Positions 18,308 to 28,579 of a stretch of DNA of 64,000 nucleotides are shown piece by piece (the stretch's first letter is position 1; each line of letters opens with the position of its first letter). Position numbers and translations under genes: made by a program. The notes under the pieces are model-generated. The model saw nothing but the letters and a program-made list of their open reading frames with translations, was not told the origin of the DNA and searched no databases. This stretch comes from a virus (lineage: Duplodnaviria; Caudoviricetes): positions 1 through 64,000 of IMG/VR virus record IMGVR_UViG_3300011616_000006, one strand, 5' to 3'.

Positions 18308-18736
18308 CTATGCATGAACTGTCCATCCATAGACACCCGGTTCCCACACATTTCCGTCTATATCAGAAACCCAAACCGCATTCTTATGGGAAACTTTATC
18401 ACCTTTCACATATGCATCTGCCGCCCCAAGCGGCTGTACCCACACCGGAATTCCACCCTCATTAAAACCAATCCGCTTATATAATGCATGTGTCTTATCT
18501 GGTGTCCAGTTTTCTGCACTGGTGTGCTGTTGCAGAACAAAATAAAGATTTGTGTCTCCATTATCATCTGCACCGTATTTAATGATGTGGCCAGAACTAT
18601 AATCTGCCCCCACAGTCCACAGTTCATATAAATCAGCAATCACCAAAGCATTTTCTTCCGTAATAGGCGCTGTCTGTACCAGTAACTCAATTGCCCTACG
18701 AAGCTGAAGGGCTACTGCCATCCGCTTATCATCCAT
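18308..18736 (-). CDS. Carbohydrate-binding (CBM5/12-like) phage protein
   Basis: LY.VLQ.HTS...W.P and WVQPLGA.DAY.KGDKV...W.S....NVWEPG motifs. Confidence 0.7.
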   Translation of the reverse strand: MDDKRMAVALQLRRAIELLVQTAPITEENALVIADLYELWTVGADYSSGHIIKYGADDNGDTNLYFVLQQHTSAENWTPDKTHALYKRIGFNEGGIPVWVQPLGAADAYVKGDKVSHKNAVWVSDIDGNVWEPGVYGWTVHA

Positions 18737-18899
18737 CTGCATCCACCCCCAATATTGCATCCAGCAACGCAAAAAGTTCTGTGCCAAAAGCGGTGCTTTC
18801 TGTCTCTGCATTCTCTGGCGGCATTTCCTCTATCGGTACGGCTTTGGTGTTTTCTTCTGGTTCGGTGTGCAGCTGTTCAAATTCTTCATTCGTCAGCAT
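18729..18899 (-). CDS. Small acidic hypothetical protein
   Basis: AGGAGG RBS before ATG 18899; overlaps both neighbours. Confidence 0.55.
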   Translation of the reverse strand: MLTNEEFEQLHTEPEENTKAVPIEEMPPENAETESTAFGTELFALLDAILGVDADG

Positions 18900-19329
18900 G
18901 GCAATCCTCCTGTGATATTTCCGTCTCGAAAGTATCGCACAGTGCATCATATAACGCGGCATTTTCACCTTCCAGTTCTTCATCATAATCTGTGATAATC
19001 TGCCACATAAGCGTGAGATGCTCTGTATATGTGCCACCCTCAATCTCCGCAGACTCAGAAAACAGTTTTTCCCGTTCTGAGAGGTACTCCTTCACTAGAT
19101 TGTCTTTGATCAAAAAGCTCCCTTCATCAGAAATCTTCGGTTCACCCTTATCATCCAGCATAGCATATTCTTTTAACAACTCCACCTCGCTTTCATGCAG
19201 AGCCGCGTAAGCCTCTGATACTAATGCGAGGAACTTTGAGCGCGCGCGACTCTTTTGTCCCTTTAGTTTCATTCCCTGCAAGAATGGAAGCAGCGAAACA
19301 AGATAGCGGTTTTGTAATTGAATCCTCAT
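18886..19329 (-). CDS. DUF1617-like phage protein
   Basis: LKGQKSRARSKFL motif; located between tail fibre and lysis genes. Confidence 0.65.
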   Translation of the reverse strand: MRIQLQNRYLVSLLPFLQGMKLKGQKSRARSKFLALVSEAYAALHESEVELLKEYAMLDDKGEPKISDEGSFLIKDNLVKEYLSEREKLFSESAEIEGGTYTEHLTLMWQIITDYDEELEGENAALYDALCDTFETEISQEDCHADE

Positions 19330-19378
19330 ATGATAATCCTCCATTTTCATTTCTGTAAGCCAACTTATAGGCTTTTGG

Positions 19379-22300
19379 TTATAATGATGTGCTCATGCTC
19401 GAAAGTCCGGTGCTGCTGTAATATGTCCAGGAGACACCGCCATTCGATGTCGATTTCATTGTACTAATCCAGCCTTTATTCAGCATACTGATCAGGGAAT
19501 TCACCCGGCTGATTAATTCGCCTACTCGGTTCACGATATTGGTACAGGTGTAGTACGTCCCATTTGTAATGAAGTATAAGTGGGTATCACCAAAGGTCAC
19601 TTTTGATTTTCCATTCGTACTGCTCCATGCTGGATATGTTCCTCCTCCCGACAAAGCATTGTCAGTCAAATAAACACCTCGATTGCCGGACGTATAAAAG
19701 TTATAACCGTTGGTACGCAAATGCGCTCCAAAATGAATCCCTGCACTTCCATTTACCACACCTTTCGGATCAAGCGTTAAAAACCGGGTGTAGGTTCCTG
19801 ATGTTCCCGTCCGGTATGCCCATGTTGCATAGTCACCCTGTCCATTCAAGTGAGTGGCAATTCCACGTCTGGTGTTGTTGCTTGCATCAACCGACTCGCC
19901 CATTGTTCCGATAAAGCGGGTACCATAGTAAAAATTCATACCGCCGGAATCAATATATCCTTCCAGTGTACTGCCGCTGTACCAGCTTATTTTTGTCGGT
20001 GTAATGCGGATGCTGCTGGTCCATCCAGCAAGACCTACCTGTATGGCATTGGTCGCCAGTTTGTCTGCCGTGATAGAGTTGGCTCCAATTCGAGCCGCCG
20101 ACAACGTACCTGTCGTGATTTTTCCAGCGTCCAGTGTCGCAATCTTGGCACTTTGTATGGTCGCATCGGCAATCATGGCATTCTTAATAAATCCATTGGC
20201 AATCGTCAGCTTATCCGATGTAATGGAACCCGCCGCAATCCGTGCCGCCGATAACGTCCCCGTGTTTATCTTCGCTGCATCAAGGTTGGCTATTTTCGCA
20301 TTGGTAATTGCCGCATCCGTAATCTTCGCAGTGGAAACCGAAAGATCGGCAATCTTAGCCGTTGTGATGGCAGCATTTGCAATCATGGCAGTCTGAATCA
20401 CTGAATTATCAATGGTTGTTGTTCCAGTAATACGGATCTTGTTACCGCTGATTAAAATGCCTTCTGTTGAAATGTTAATCTGATTGATAACATCGTTTTT
20501 AGAAACCCGCAGGTTAATCAGATCCTTTTGCATAAGCATTGCTGAATAAATCGTATCACCCTTTGAATAATCTTGCCTGACCGTGCCGGGATACACATTT
20601 CCAGTGTAGCTGTCCGGATCAATAGTGGTTGATACCCGTACTCGCATTTTTAAAGCGTTGGCCGGAACAGTTGCTATACCAGAAGTGCTTGAGTAAGAAA
20701 GTTGCTTTAACAACCTATCGGTCATCGGGTTTAGGAGAAAGGGTGTTGTGCTGCTGTTATAAATCCCTGCATACGATCCAGTCTTAATGGAGAAAAAGGC
20801 GAGATACATACTGCCGCCCGTAATGCCTGCTTGCTGCTCTTCACTAAGTGCCCATTCATGCACCGTTGCCGAGGTGGCTGTAACAACACCAAGCTCCTCC
20901 CAACTTTCGTTTGAATATAAAAGGACAACATTATTGGAAGAATCTTTATATCCGCTCCAGCGAATTACTGCCGGCACCGCTTTGCTCTCCAGTGGGAAAC
21001 GATAGATGATAAGATAATCTCCCGAACTTGTGTAAGGGTTTGTTCCCACAGAACCAGTGATGCTGAGTCCTTCCACCTCTTTGCCAATTAGATAGGATAC
21101 GATACTGTCATTCGTATATGCTCCGGCAGTCAGAGTTTCCGCATACTGCTTTGCCGCCGGTATGAATTCTGCATACGGCACCGTTAGGCTATACCAGTGA
21201 AAATACATGGATACCGCTGTACCGTCTGCCAACTGAGGAATATACTTCTCGGTGGGTTTAACATCAATATATCCGCTCCGTAGCACAGAAGTTGATGCCG
21301 TTTCTTCACCGGTTGATGTATTAAGTGTTCCTCTCTCCCAGCGTGATACTTTATACGGCGCACCGATTAGCGTCTTTGTTTCTGTTACAGTAAAAAGCAG
21401 TGTGTCTGTAGTTGCCTGAACTTTAACCATGTTTGTAAGTTTGCTTAAATTGATATACCCACCTACAGTCTCTGTCGGCAGCAAGTAACAGTCTATCGTT
21501 CCCGGTGCAACAGTAGTAGTAAATCGCACCCTCAGATACCGGGCATTCGCTGGCGCGGTAAACGGAGTTGTACTGTTCCCAATGGATGAATAGGAAATAA
21601 AGGTCTTATCTTCCCGGTAATAATACAAATAGGCAGTGCTGTATTTGCTGTATGCACTGGCTCCTTCGTAGGTCTGGAGCAAATATCTCTTGCCGGACAC
21701 CACATCAAACCAGCCGCTGCGCACATAACTTGTGCTGTTTGATTCTGCGCCGGTGGAGTTTGAAAGCGTCCCTTGCTGCCATGGTGTCTGTAAGATACCG
21801 GCTCCAGCCAGATCATTGACGGCCTTGCTTTGTTTCGCCAGCGAAAGCGTGAAGGAATCTGCATTCTGCACGATTGCTGTCTCCGCCGCAGTAACTCGCC
21901 CAGTGAGTAAGTCCACGGTATTCTGATTTGCCTTGCTGGCAATCTGTCCAGCCTGAACCGTGAGTGTTGCTTCTGCAGTGCTGACACGGCCAGTCAATGT
22001 TGTCAGATTACTCGCATTCAAAGAAATTACAGACGCATGCTGTGTCACTGTCGTTTGCAGTGATTCAGCAGCGGTCTTTGCTTCAAATGCCGTCACAAGG
22101 GAACTATTTAGGGCATTCGCTAAAACCGGAGTAGAATGGGTAAGTGAGCCATTGCTGTAAGTCGCCACTACCCGTGTCCAATAATACCGCCCATTCACCC
22201 ATGCTGGAACCGTATCGCTCCAGCTTCCTCCAGATTGTGCAGTTTTGGAGGTAGACAAATAATACTGCTCCCGCACCGCTGTGATAGTTGGTGCATCCGC

Positions 22301-24151
22301 TCCTTTCGCACCTGCAGAACCAGTATTTCCAGTGTCACCCTTATCACCTTTGTCGCCTTTTGTACCATTTGTGCCTTGCTTTGAAACACCATAGCTGGTT
22401 ACTGCAGAATTATCCTGCAGGGTAAGGACGGTGCGGGTCCATAAAAACTGTCCGGCACTCACGGTCGGAACAGATGCCTGCCATCCACTACTTGGAACAG
22501 TCGTACCGCTGGCTGAAACAGCGTAGGAAACGGCTGTAGATTTTACCGACTTGTTATAGGCATTCATGGCTGTTGTGCTTGCTGTTTCCGCCTTTGTTCC
22601 TGCATCAGTGGCTTCATTTAGGGCAGATACTGCATTATCAAAGGCTTGGTTCGCTTTTTCAAGAGCATTTTGAGACTCTGTGCGAGCCTGATCCGCTGTG
22701 CCTTGAGCCGCCTGACCTGCCGCCAGCGCTTCCTCTCCGGCAGTCTGTGCCGCTTCACCGGCCGCTAACGCCTCCTCCGATTTTGCTTTCGCTTCTTCCA
22801 CCATCGCCGCCGCTTCTGCAAGCTCGGCTTTCATCTGCTCCTGTGTCAGATCAGTAAGTAATGGATACCACTGCGTAACCCCTTCTCTTGTCTCATACAC
22901 CCAAAGCTCCAGCTTGTCGCCATTTTCCTTATACCATAAATCACCGGGGCGCGGATGGGTAGGTGTCGCCGCACCATAAAAATTGGTGTTCTTTCCATTG
23001 GCAGACTGTAGTGCATAATTTGCCTCTGCTGCCGCTTGCTTAATGCCTGTTTCCACCCGCTTGATGTCTTTTGCAATATCGGTGAACTTCGGTGCATAGT
23101 TCCCCAATGTAACGGAGATGTACGCATCCAGCAGCGGATCATATTTGTAGCCAACCACACGTGCGTTAATCTCAAAGCCGTCCCGTTCATGAACCACTGT
23201 TACCGTATCCCCGATATGAACCGTTTCCAATGCGGCAAAGTTCTTATATTCTTCCGTTTTGGCTAGTGGAGCAAATGCTACGGAATAGGATGCCTTTGGC
23301 AAATCGATATGGTTCTCAGAAAACTCTTTTTTTGCCAGTGCTCGCAGTAAAGTGTATGCCTCCGACAAAGGAACTGCATCTTCTGCATCAGCATACTGTC
23401 CCACTGCTGCTTTGACTGAATCGTATTTAATCACACGAATTTTTGGCTTTGTATACTGGTTGATGCGCGGACTGTCTATATATTTCTCCGGCAGCAAAAG
23501 TCCGTCAAATCCCTGCGGCATAATCCGAGTACAAGCCGATTGGACATCCACATCAGCAGTGTAACCAGTAAGGTTCTTTCGATCACGAATGCTCACTCCA
23601 TTATCACTGCCACGCACCGTCCGCATGGCGATATGAAAATTATCCCGAATAATTTCCCCGCCCCACCGGGCGAGAAAACCATTATCCATATTGGCATTCA
23701 AAAGCACCTCTGCAGGATTGACACGAATGAGCCGTGCGCTTTCAACTGTCGAAATATTAGAAGTGGCGGTGAATGCGTGCTGGTATTGCGTTGCATTCAA
23801 TATTTGTGTCACTGCCCCTTGACCAGTTTTATTTACAACAAAGGTATCTTCAATCAGATTATCTACAAGATCATAAAAAACATGATAGGCAGTGAAATGT
23901 GTCATCCCTGACAGTCCTTTTCGCACAAAAGCGATTCGAAAAATCTGATCATTCATATCTGGTACCGGACATTTTATCAGCCGCTCTGGAATGATTTTAT
24001 CGGCATAAGATGCACGGGATGGATAGTCAAATTCCAATAGGAACAATCCGTTTAATTCTTCCGTAACTGCTGGCGCTATGATATGGCCATCAAGGATACA
24101 TATGCCATTATGCGTAAAATCGGTTTCTGTTTTCTCATATAAAACTATCAT
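19379..24151 (-). CDS. Tail spike/fibre: N-terminal Tal/endopeptidase-like region, coiled coil, collagen-like repeat, CBM-like modules, ITTAKI repeats
   Basis: EELNGLF.LEFDYP, RWGGEI.RDNF, TRIMPQG; GTKGDKGDKGDTG; ATGA overlap with the Dit gene. Confidence 0.9.
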   Translation of the reverse strand: MIVLYEKTETDFTHNGICILDGHIIAPAVTEELNGLFLLEFDYPSRASYADKIIPERLIKCPVPDMNDQIFRIAFVRKGLSGMTHFTAYHVFYDLVDNLIEDTFVVNKTGQGAVTQILNATQYQHAFTATSNISTVESARLIRVNPAEVLLNANMDNGFLARWGGEIIRDNFHIAMRTVRGSDNGVSIRDRKNLTGYTADVDVQSACTRIMPQGFDGLLLPEKYIDSPRINQYTKPKIRVIKYDSVKAAVGQYADAEDAVPLSEAYTLLRALAKKEFSENHIDLPKASYSVAFAPLAKTEEYKNFAALETVHIGDTVTVVHERDGFEINARVVGYKYDPLLDAYISVTLGNYAPKFTDIAKDIKRVETGIKQAAAEANYALQSANGKNTNFYGAATPTHPRPGDLWYKENGDKLELWVYETREGVTQWYPLLTDLTQEQMKAELAEAAAMVEEAKAKSEEALAAGEAAQTAGEEALAAGQAAQGTADQARTESQNALEKANQAFDNAVSALNEATDAGTKAETASTTAMNAYNKSVKSTAVSYAVSASGTTVPSSGWQASVPTVSAGQFLWTRTVLTLQDNSAVTSYGVSKQGTNGTKGDKGDKGDTGNTGSAGAKGADAPTITAVREQYYLSTSKTAQSGGSWSDTVPAWVNGRYYWTRVVATYSNGSLTHSTPVLANALNSSLVTAFEAKTAAESLQTTVTQHASVISLNASNLTTLTGRVSTAEATLTVQAGQIASKANQNTVDLLTGRVTAAETAIVQNADSFTLSLAKQSKAVNDLAGAGILQTPWQQGTLSNSTGAESNSTSYVRSGWFDVVSGKRYLLQTYEGASAYSKYSTAYLYYYREDKTFISYSSIGNSTTPFTAPANARYLRVRFTTTVAPGTIDCYLLPTETVGGYINLSKLTNMVKVQATTDTLLFTVTETKTLIGAPYKVSRWERGTLNTSTGEETASTSVLRSGYIDVKPTEKYIPQLADGTAVSMYFHWYSLTVPYAEFIPAAKQYAETLTAGAYTNDSIVSYLIGKEVEGLSITGSVGTNPYTSSGDYLIIYRFPLESKAVPAVIRWSGYKDSSNNVVLLYSNESWEELGVVTATSATVHEWALSEEQQAGITGGSMYLAFFSIKTGSYAGIYNSSTTPFLLNPMTDRLLKQLSYSSTSGIATVPANALKMRVRVSTTIDPDSYTGNVYPGTVRQDYSKGDTIYSAMLMQKDLINLRVSKNDVINQINISTEGILISGNKIRITGTTTIDNSVIQTAMIANAAITTAKIADLSVSTAKITDAAITNAKIANLDAAKINTGTLSAARIAAGSITSDKLTIANGFIKNAMIADATIQSAKIATLDAGKITTGTLSAARIGANSITADKLATNAIQVGLAGWTSSIRITPTKISWYSGSTLEGYIDSGGMNFYYGTRFIGTMGESVDASNNTRRGIATHLNGQGDYATWAYRTGTSGTYTRFLTLDPKGVVNGSAGIHFGAHLRTNGYNFYTSGNRGVYLTDNALSGGGTYPAWSSTNGKSKVTFGDTHLYFITNGTYYTCTNIVNRVGELISRVNSLISMLNKGWISTMKSTSNGGVSWTYYSSTGLSSMSTSL

Positions 24152-24840
24152 AAGTATCTCCACCTCGGTTCTATTTCAATTTTTGTAATGCCGCTGCTCC
24201 ATGATATTGCTGTGGCTCCTGTTTCAAAGGTGGGGAACACACCTTGCATTTGACGGTTCTGCGCGGTGCTTCCTTGAAAACATTCCATCAGCTCACTATC
24301 CAGTGTCAGATTCCCTGCCAGTATATTGACCTTTGTCTGTTTACCTCCTACGGTAAGTGTCTGGTTTCCCGTTCCATATACCTTGATTTTAGGCAGGGCA
24401 TAAACGGTGCCTTTATTAGTGACCGTTCCCGATTTTGTCATCGTGATGGTTTCTGTATTTCGCATATAACGAAATGGATCGCAGACAAAGGTAATCGAAA
24501 ACTCACCAAGTGTAGACAGCTTGCGTACCATTGCATCAGTGTGTACCTGTTTAATGCGAAAGAATACTTTGTTATCCTCGCTAAAATAGACTGTCTTGGC
24601 CCCATGGATAACGGGAAGCACCTCCCGGAAACGACCATGCAGATTTTTACCAAGCAACGCCGCCTTCATCTGGAATGTAATATCCTCCCAGCCTTTTAGC
24701 AACGTCAGTGTTCCTTCACGACCATCCACCTGCACAGCCTCAATAATCCGCTTTGCCGGAGGGATAACCGGCGGTTCGGTAATCCGAAGTCCTAACGCGG
24801 TTCGGGAATGAATGGTTTCGTTTAGTATAAATGAGTTCAT
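24148..24840 (-). CDS. Distal tail protein (Dit)
   Basis: V.GREG.L, FVCDPF and IEIEPRWRYL motifs; follows the tape measure gene. Confidence 0.85.
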   Translation of the reverse strand: MNSFILNETIHSRTALGLRITEPPVIPPAKRIIEAVQVDGREGTLTLLKGWEDITFQMKAALLGKNLHGRFREVLPVIHGAKTVYFSEDNKVFFRIKQVHTDAMVRKLSTLGEFSITFVCDPFRYMRNTETITMTKSGTVTNKGTVYALPKIKVYGTGNQTLTVGGKQTKVNILAGNLTLDSELMECFQGSTAQNRQMQGVFPTFETGATAISWSSGITKIEIEPRWRYL

Positions 24841-24843
24841 AAG

Positions 24844-27366
24844 CTACACCCCCAAGATAAGCCGCTGCTGACGAAGCAAACCCAGATTTTTATCAATTTC
24901 CGGTGTCAATCTGCCGACCAGTGTGCCATCATCCAGCACTATCTGAATATTTAAGGCTTCTAAAAGTGCCGGGAACATTTCTGCCATAATGGCGGCGATC
25001 CCGTCCAGCTTGAAACCAAGGTCAGCAATGGAAACCGCCGCCCCCGCACCAGAAATTGCTGTATGGATACCAGCATCAATATCAAAATTGGGGCCATCCA
25101 GGGATGTTGGGATTGCCTCCTGCATCTCCTCGCTGACGTGTTCCATTGCCTTTTCAAACCCGACACCGATACCTTCTCCAAGGTTGCCGCCGATTTCAGC
25201 GAACAAGGTGGAGGGGGAATGGATACCAAAGAAATCCTTTATCCGGTCAACCACACCGCCAAAGAAACCAGAAATCTTATCCCACAGCCAAGCTCCAGCA
25301 TCCGATATGCCTTGCCACAAACCTTTAATCAGATTGGTTCCCACTTGGACAATCTGCCCAATTGACCCGGAAAACGCATTGACAATTCCTGATATGATCT
25401 GCGGTACGGCTTTCACAATTTCCACAATGATAGTCGGCAGGTTCTGAATGAGCGCTACGAGAAGCTGAACCCCAGCCGCAATGATTTTGTCAATGTTCCC
25501 AACAATGGCATTGACCAGACTGGTTACTATCTGTGGAATTGCCGCTACAACGGTGGTGATGATTTGCGGCAAGTTCTGTATTAATGACACCAACAGCTTA
25601 ATCCCGGCATCTATCAATTGGGGAATGGAACCGAGTACCGCCGTCAGCAATCCATTAATAATCTGTGGAATCGCTGCTACAATCGCCGCAATAATCTCTG
25701 GCAGAGCCTCCACTAGCGAAGTCAAAAGCTGTATGCCTGCTTCGATAATCTGAGGGATGGCACTGATGATAAATTCCACCAAGGCGGTAATGATGGCTGG
25801 TAACGCTTCTATTAATTGCGGAATTGCATCCAAAAGTCCCTGTGCAAGACCAAGAATCAACTGCAGTGCTGCCTCCAGCAGCATGGGTAGATTATCAACC
25901 AATCCCTGCACAATCGTTGTGATTGCCGTGACCGCTGCGGGAATTAACTGCGGCAATGCTTCTCCAATCCCCTGCACCAAAGCAGTCACCAGTTGTACCG
26001 CCGCTTCAATCAACAGTGGCAGGCTTTCGATGATTGCCCCAACAATAGTCATGATAGCCTCAACCGCCGCTGGAATCAGTTGTGGCAAAAGATTCAGTAT
26101 CGTTTCCAACACTTGTGTAAATAATTCGGTTACTGTTTCAAGCAGCATCGGAAGCAAATCCCCGATTGCAGATAAAATAGCACCTGTCGCTGTGGGCAGT
26201 GCGGCTACGATGTTCTCCAAAATCGGAACGATATTTGCGACTACTGCCTGAAAAGCATCCACAAGGTTTTGTGTTAAATTGGTCATATCCGCGTCGGCAT
26301 TTCCAAGCCCGGCTGTAAAAGAGCCGAGTGCCGCCTGCAGCAGTCCGATAGAACCGGAAATAGTCTGAGTGGACTCCTTTGCAAAGTTGCCTGCATATTG
26401 CTCTGTGTTCTCAAAGAACATCTGCATAGCAACTTCTGCTTTTTCTGCTTGCGTTGCTGTCGCCCAAGTAAAGTCCAGTCCTTTGGCCAGAGCATAGGCT
26501 TCAATGTTGGTAGCGTTCATGGCTACACCCAAGTTATCCATCATGGTGAAGTTGCCCTTTGCTGCACCTGCAACCGAATCCAGTGCCACCTGCATATCAA
26601 TGCCCATGACCGACGCCATGTCTGCCGCTCTCTGCATTGCTTTTTCAGTCAGTTCCAGTGATTTCTGCTGCTCAACACCAGAGCCTTGGAATAAGGCGCC
26701 CATTTTATTGGCGGTGGCCAGATATTCGCTCTGGGATACACCGAGATTCTTATATGCCTCTTCACCTGTCTTTTGGATAGATGCCGCGTATTGCCCGAAC
26801 ACCGCCTCCGAGCCGCCAAGGTTCTGCTCCAGTTCTCCGAACTGCTGGACAACTTCTTTTCCCAGCTTGATGGCTGCAGCTCCGGCGGCGACTGCAACCG
26901 CGCCCATGGCGGTACCAATGCCTTTTAAGATACCGCCGAGTTTATCGAACTTACCTCCAGCTTCCTCTGCACTTTCACCGGTATCCTCCAGTTCTTCGCC
27001 AAGGTCATCCGCACCGTCTGCCGTTTCTTCCAGTTCCTGCTCCATGCGGTTCAGTTCAGCCTGCGCATTATTAAGCTGGACTGCCCATGCCTGTGTCCGT
27101 CTGTCATTCTCACCAAAGGAATCGGTGGCATTTTGCAGGGCTGACTGCAGTGTAGAAATCTTCTCTTTCTGTGCATCGATCTCTTTATTCAGCACTTGGT
27201 TTCTTGCAGCAAGCGCCTGTACGGATTTATCATTTTTGTCAAACTGCGAAGATACTAAGTTCATTTCCGATCCTAAAACCTTGAAGGACTGGTTAATATC
27301 ACGTAATGCATTCTTAAATTCACGTTCGCCTTCAACACCGATACGCAAACCAAAGTTATCAGCCAA
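24844..27366 (-). CDS. Tape measure protein
   Basis: N-terminal coiled coil, 11-residue LP.II.A repeats, FGIHSPS; TTG start with AGGAGG RBS. Confidence 0.92.
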   Translation of the reverse strand: MADNFGLRIGVEGEREFKNALRDINQSFKVLGSEMNLVSSQFDKNDKSVQALAARNQVLNKEIDAQKEKISTLQSALQNATDSFGENDRRTQAWAVQLNNAQAELNRMEQELEETADGADDLGEELEDTGESAEEAGGKFDKLGGILKGIGTAMGAVAVAAGAAAIKLGKEVVQQFGELEQNLGGSEAVFGQYAASIQKTGEEAYKNLGVSQSEYLATANKMGALFQGSGVEQQKSLELTEKAMQRAADMASVMGIDMQVALDSVAGAAKGNFTMMDNLGVAMNATNIEAYALAKGLDFTWATATQAEKAEVAMQMFFENTEQYAGNFAKESTQTISGSIGLLQAALGSFTAGLGNADADMTNLTQNLVDAFQAVVANIVPILENIVAALPTATGAILSAIGDLLPMLLETVTELFTQVLETILNLLPQLIPAAVEAIMTIVGAIIESLPLLIEAAVQLVTALVQGIGEALPQLIPAAVTAITTIVQGLVDNLPMLLEAALQLILGLAQGLLDAIPQLIEALPAIITALVEFIISAIPQIIEAGIQLLTSLVEALPEIIAAIVAAIPQIINGLLTAVLGSIPQLIDAGIKLLVSLIQNLPQIITTVVAAIPQIVTSLVNAIVGNIDKIIAAGVQLLVALIQNLPTIIVEIVKAVPQIISGIVNAFSGSIGQIVQVGTNLIKGLWQGISDAGAWLWDKISGFFGGVVDRIKDFFGIHSPSTLFAEIGGNLGEGIGVGFEKAMEHVSEEMQEAIPTSLDGPNFDIDAGIHTAISGAGAAVSIADLGFKLDGIAAIMAEMFPALLEALNIQIVLDDGTLVGRLTPEIDKNLGLLRQQRLILGV

Positions 27367-27384
27367 ATCGCCACCTCCTCTCTG

Positions 27385-27594
27385 CTAAATGCCGTCCGGG
27401 ATAATTTCATCAATGAATAGTTCTCTTTTGGGTTTTGCCATACCAAGAAACTGCTTATGACACTCCCATAAATCCAACAAAAATCCTAGCGGCATCAACC
27501 ATGTTTCTTCTTCTGAGCGGTTTAAATGAACAGTCCCGTAATATAAAAGTCGAGTAAACAACTCTTCGTCATCTACTCGACCAATGCGTTTTTT
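27385..27594 (-). CDS. -1 frameshift extension of the tail assembly chaperone (gpGT-like; KKRIGRVDDEELFTRLLYYG...IIPDGI*)
   Basis: A_AAA_AAC heptamer at 27594-27588, 14-bp hairpin at 27549-27581, open -1 frame to TAG at 27385. Confidence 0.8.
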   Translation of the reverse strand, partial: KKRIGRVDDEELFTRLLYYGTVHLNRSEEETWLMPLGFLLDLWECHKQFLGMAKPKRELFIDEIIPDGI

Positions 27595-27974
27595 GATGCG
27601 GTTCCTTTGGATACGCTATCCTCCGAAAGAATATGGCGATTTGTTCCTTTGAACATCGCCTCTGTAATCGCACTCTTATAAGTCGCCAGTTCCAAAGGCG
27701 AGGTAAGAAGCTCAACCTCTTCCTCTGTTAGCGGCTCTTTCTGAGTGTCCTTGTTTTTCAGATTATGGATCAGGATACTCTGGTTGGAAAGTAGCGTAAT
27801 CAGCCATATAATCTCATCCAAGGCCAATTCAAAGTTCTCAGACTTCATCAGCTTATCACCGAGATTTTCAAGCCCGCCATACCGCTTTGCAATTTCCTTT
27901 GTTGCCCTTGTTGTTAGAATCATTTCAAAATCCCTGCCGCCGATAGTGATTACAGCGCTTCTTTCATCTGCCAT
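27573..27974 (-). CDS. Tail assembly chaperone (gpG-like)
   Basis: Between major tail and tape measure genes; ends with a slippery site. Confidence 0.85.
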   Translation of the reverse strand: MADERSAVITIGGRDFEMILTTRATKEIAKRYGGLENLGDKLMKSENFELALDEIIWLITLLSNQSILIHNLKNKDTQKEPLTEEEVELLTSPLELATYKSAITEAMFKGTNRHILSEDSVSKGTASKNALVE

Positions 27975-27979
27975 ATAAA

Positions 27980-28576
27980 TCAATCTCCTTCACTTTCAAA
28001 TACCGGCTCATACACCTTCTGATACCAGTTCGTAATTGTTTCCTCAGACACACCCGCATCATCTGCATTCACTTCGGCTTTCCATGGATGGTTCCCATTG
28101 CCGTCCAGTTTATTTCGGCGTGAAATTGTCCCTTCAATGCTCGGTGTGGAAAAGGTAATGCTGTCACCCTTGGTAGCAAGGTTTGTACTTGGTACGCCAA
28201 ATTTCACACGGTACAGCCAAAAATAACGGTATTTGCCGTTTGCTTTCTTTGCTCTGAAGCCGATCGCTACCGAGTCACCGCCGTCCTCGCTGGATGAAAT
28301 CAGAACCCCATTTTCATCTGCCTTTGCTCCAGTCAATTCCTCGGCAGCTGTTCTCCCAATATCGTCCACCCCAAGCGTCAGTTTTCCGTTTTTAAACTCC
28401 TTGATGATTTCAGAAGCGCCATCATCGGCGTAGAGCGTTGCCTCCGCAAGCTCCACGGATAGTTCTGCTGAAATTGCCTTTGCCAATATGACGGGTGTCC
28501 CATAAGTTTCAATACCCGTTGTCGGTACTTCTGTAATCGGTGCATAATAAAGGCGGTCAAGTCCGATTGTTGCCAT
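27980..28576 (-). CDS. Major tail protein (phi13 family)
   Basis: IGL..LYYA, LYADDG and AIGFR.KK.NGKYRYFWLY motifs. Confidence 0.92.
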   Translation of the reverse strand: MATIGLDRLYYAPITEVPTTGIETYGTPVILAKAISAELSVELAEATLYADDGASEIIKEFKNGKLTLGVDDIGRTAAEELTGAKADENGVLISSSEDGGDSVAIGFRAKKANGKYRYFWLYRVKFGVPSTNLATKGDSITFSTPSIEGTISRRNKLDGNGNHPWKAEVNADDAGVSEETITNWYQKVYEPVFESEGD

Positions 28577-28579
28577 AAA

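Noticed and set aside
19379-24151. Diversity-generating retroelement or invertible tail-fibre shufflon
   Set aside because: No reverse transcriptase, template repeat or inverted fibre cassettes seen in the window.
26504-27388. 294-aa + strand ORF and similar antisense ORFs across tail genes
   Set aside because: Shadows of repetitive tape measure and tail coding sequence.
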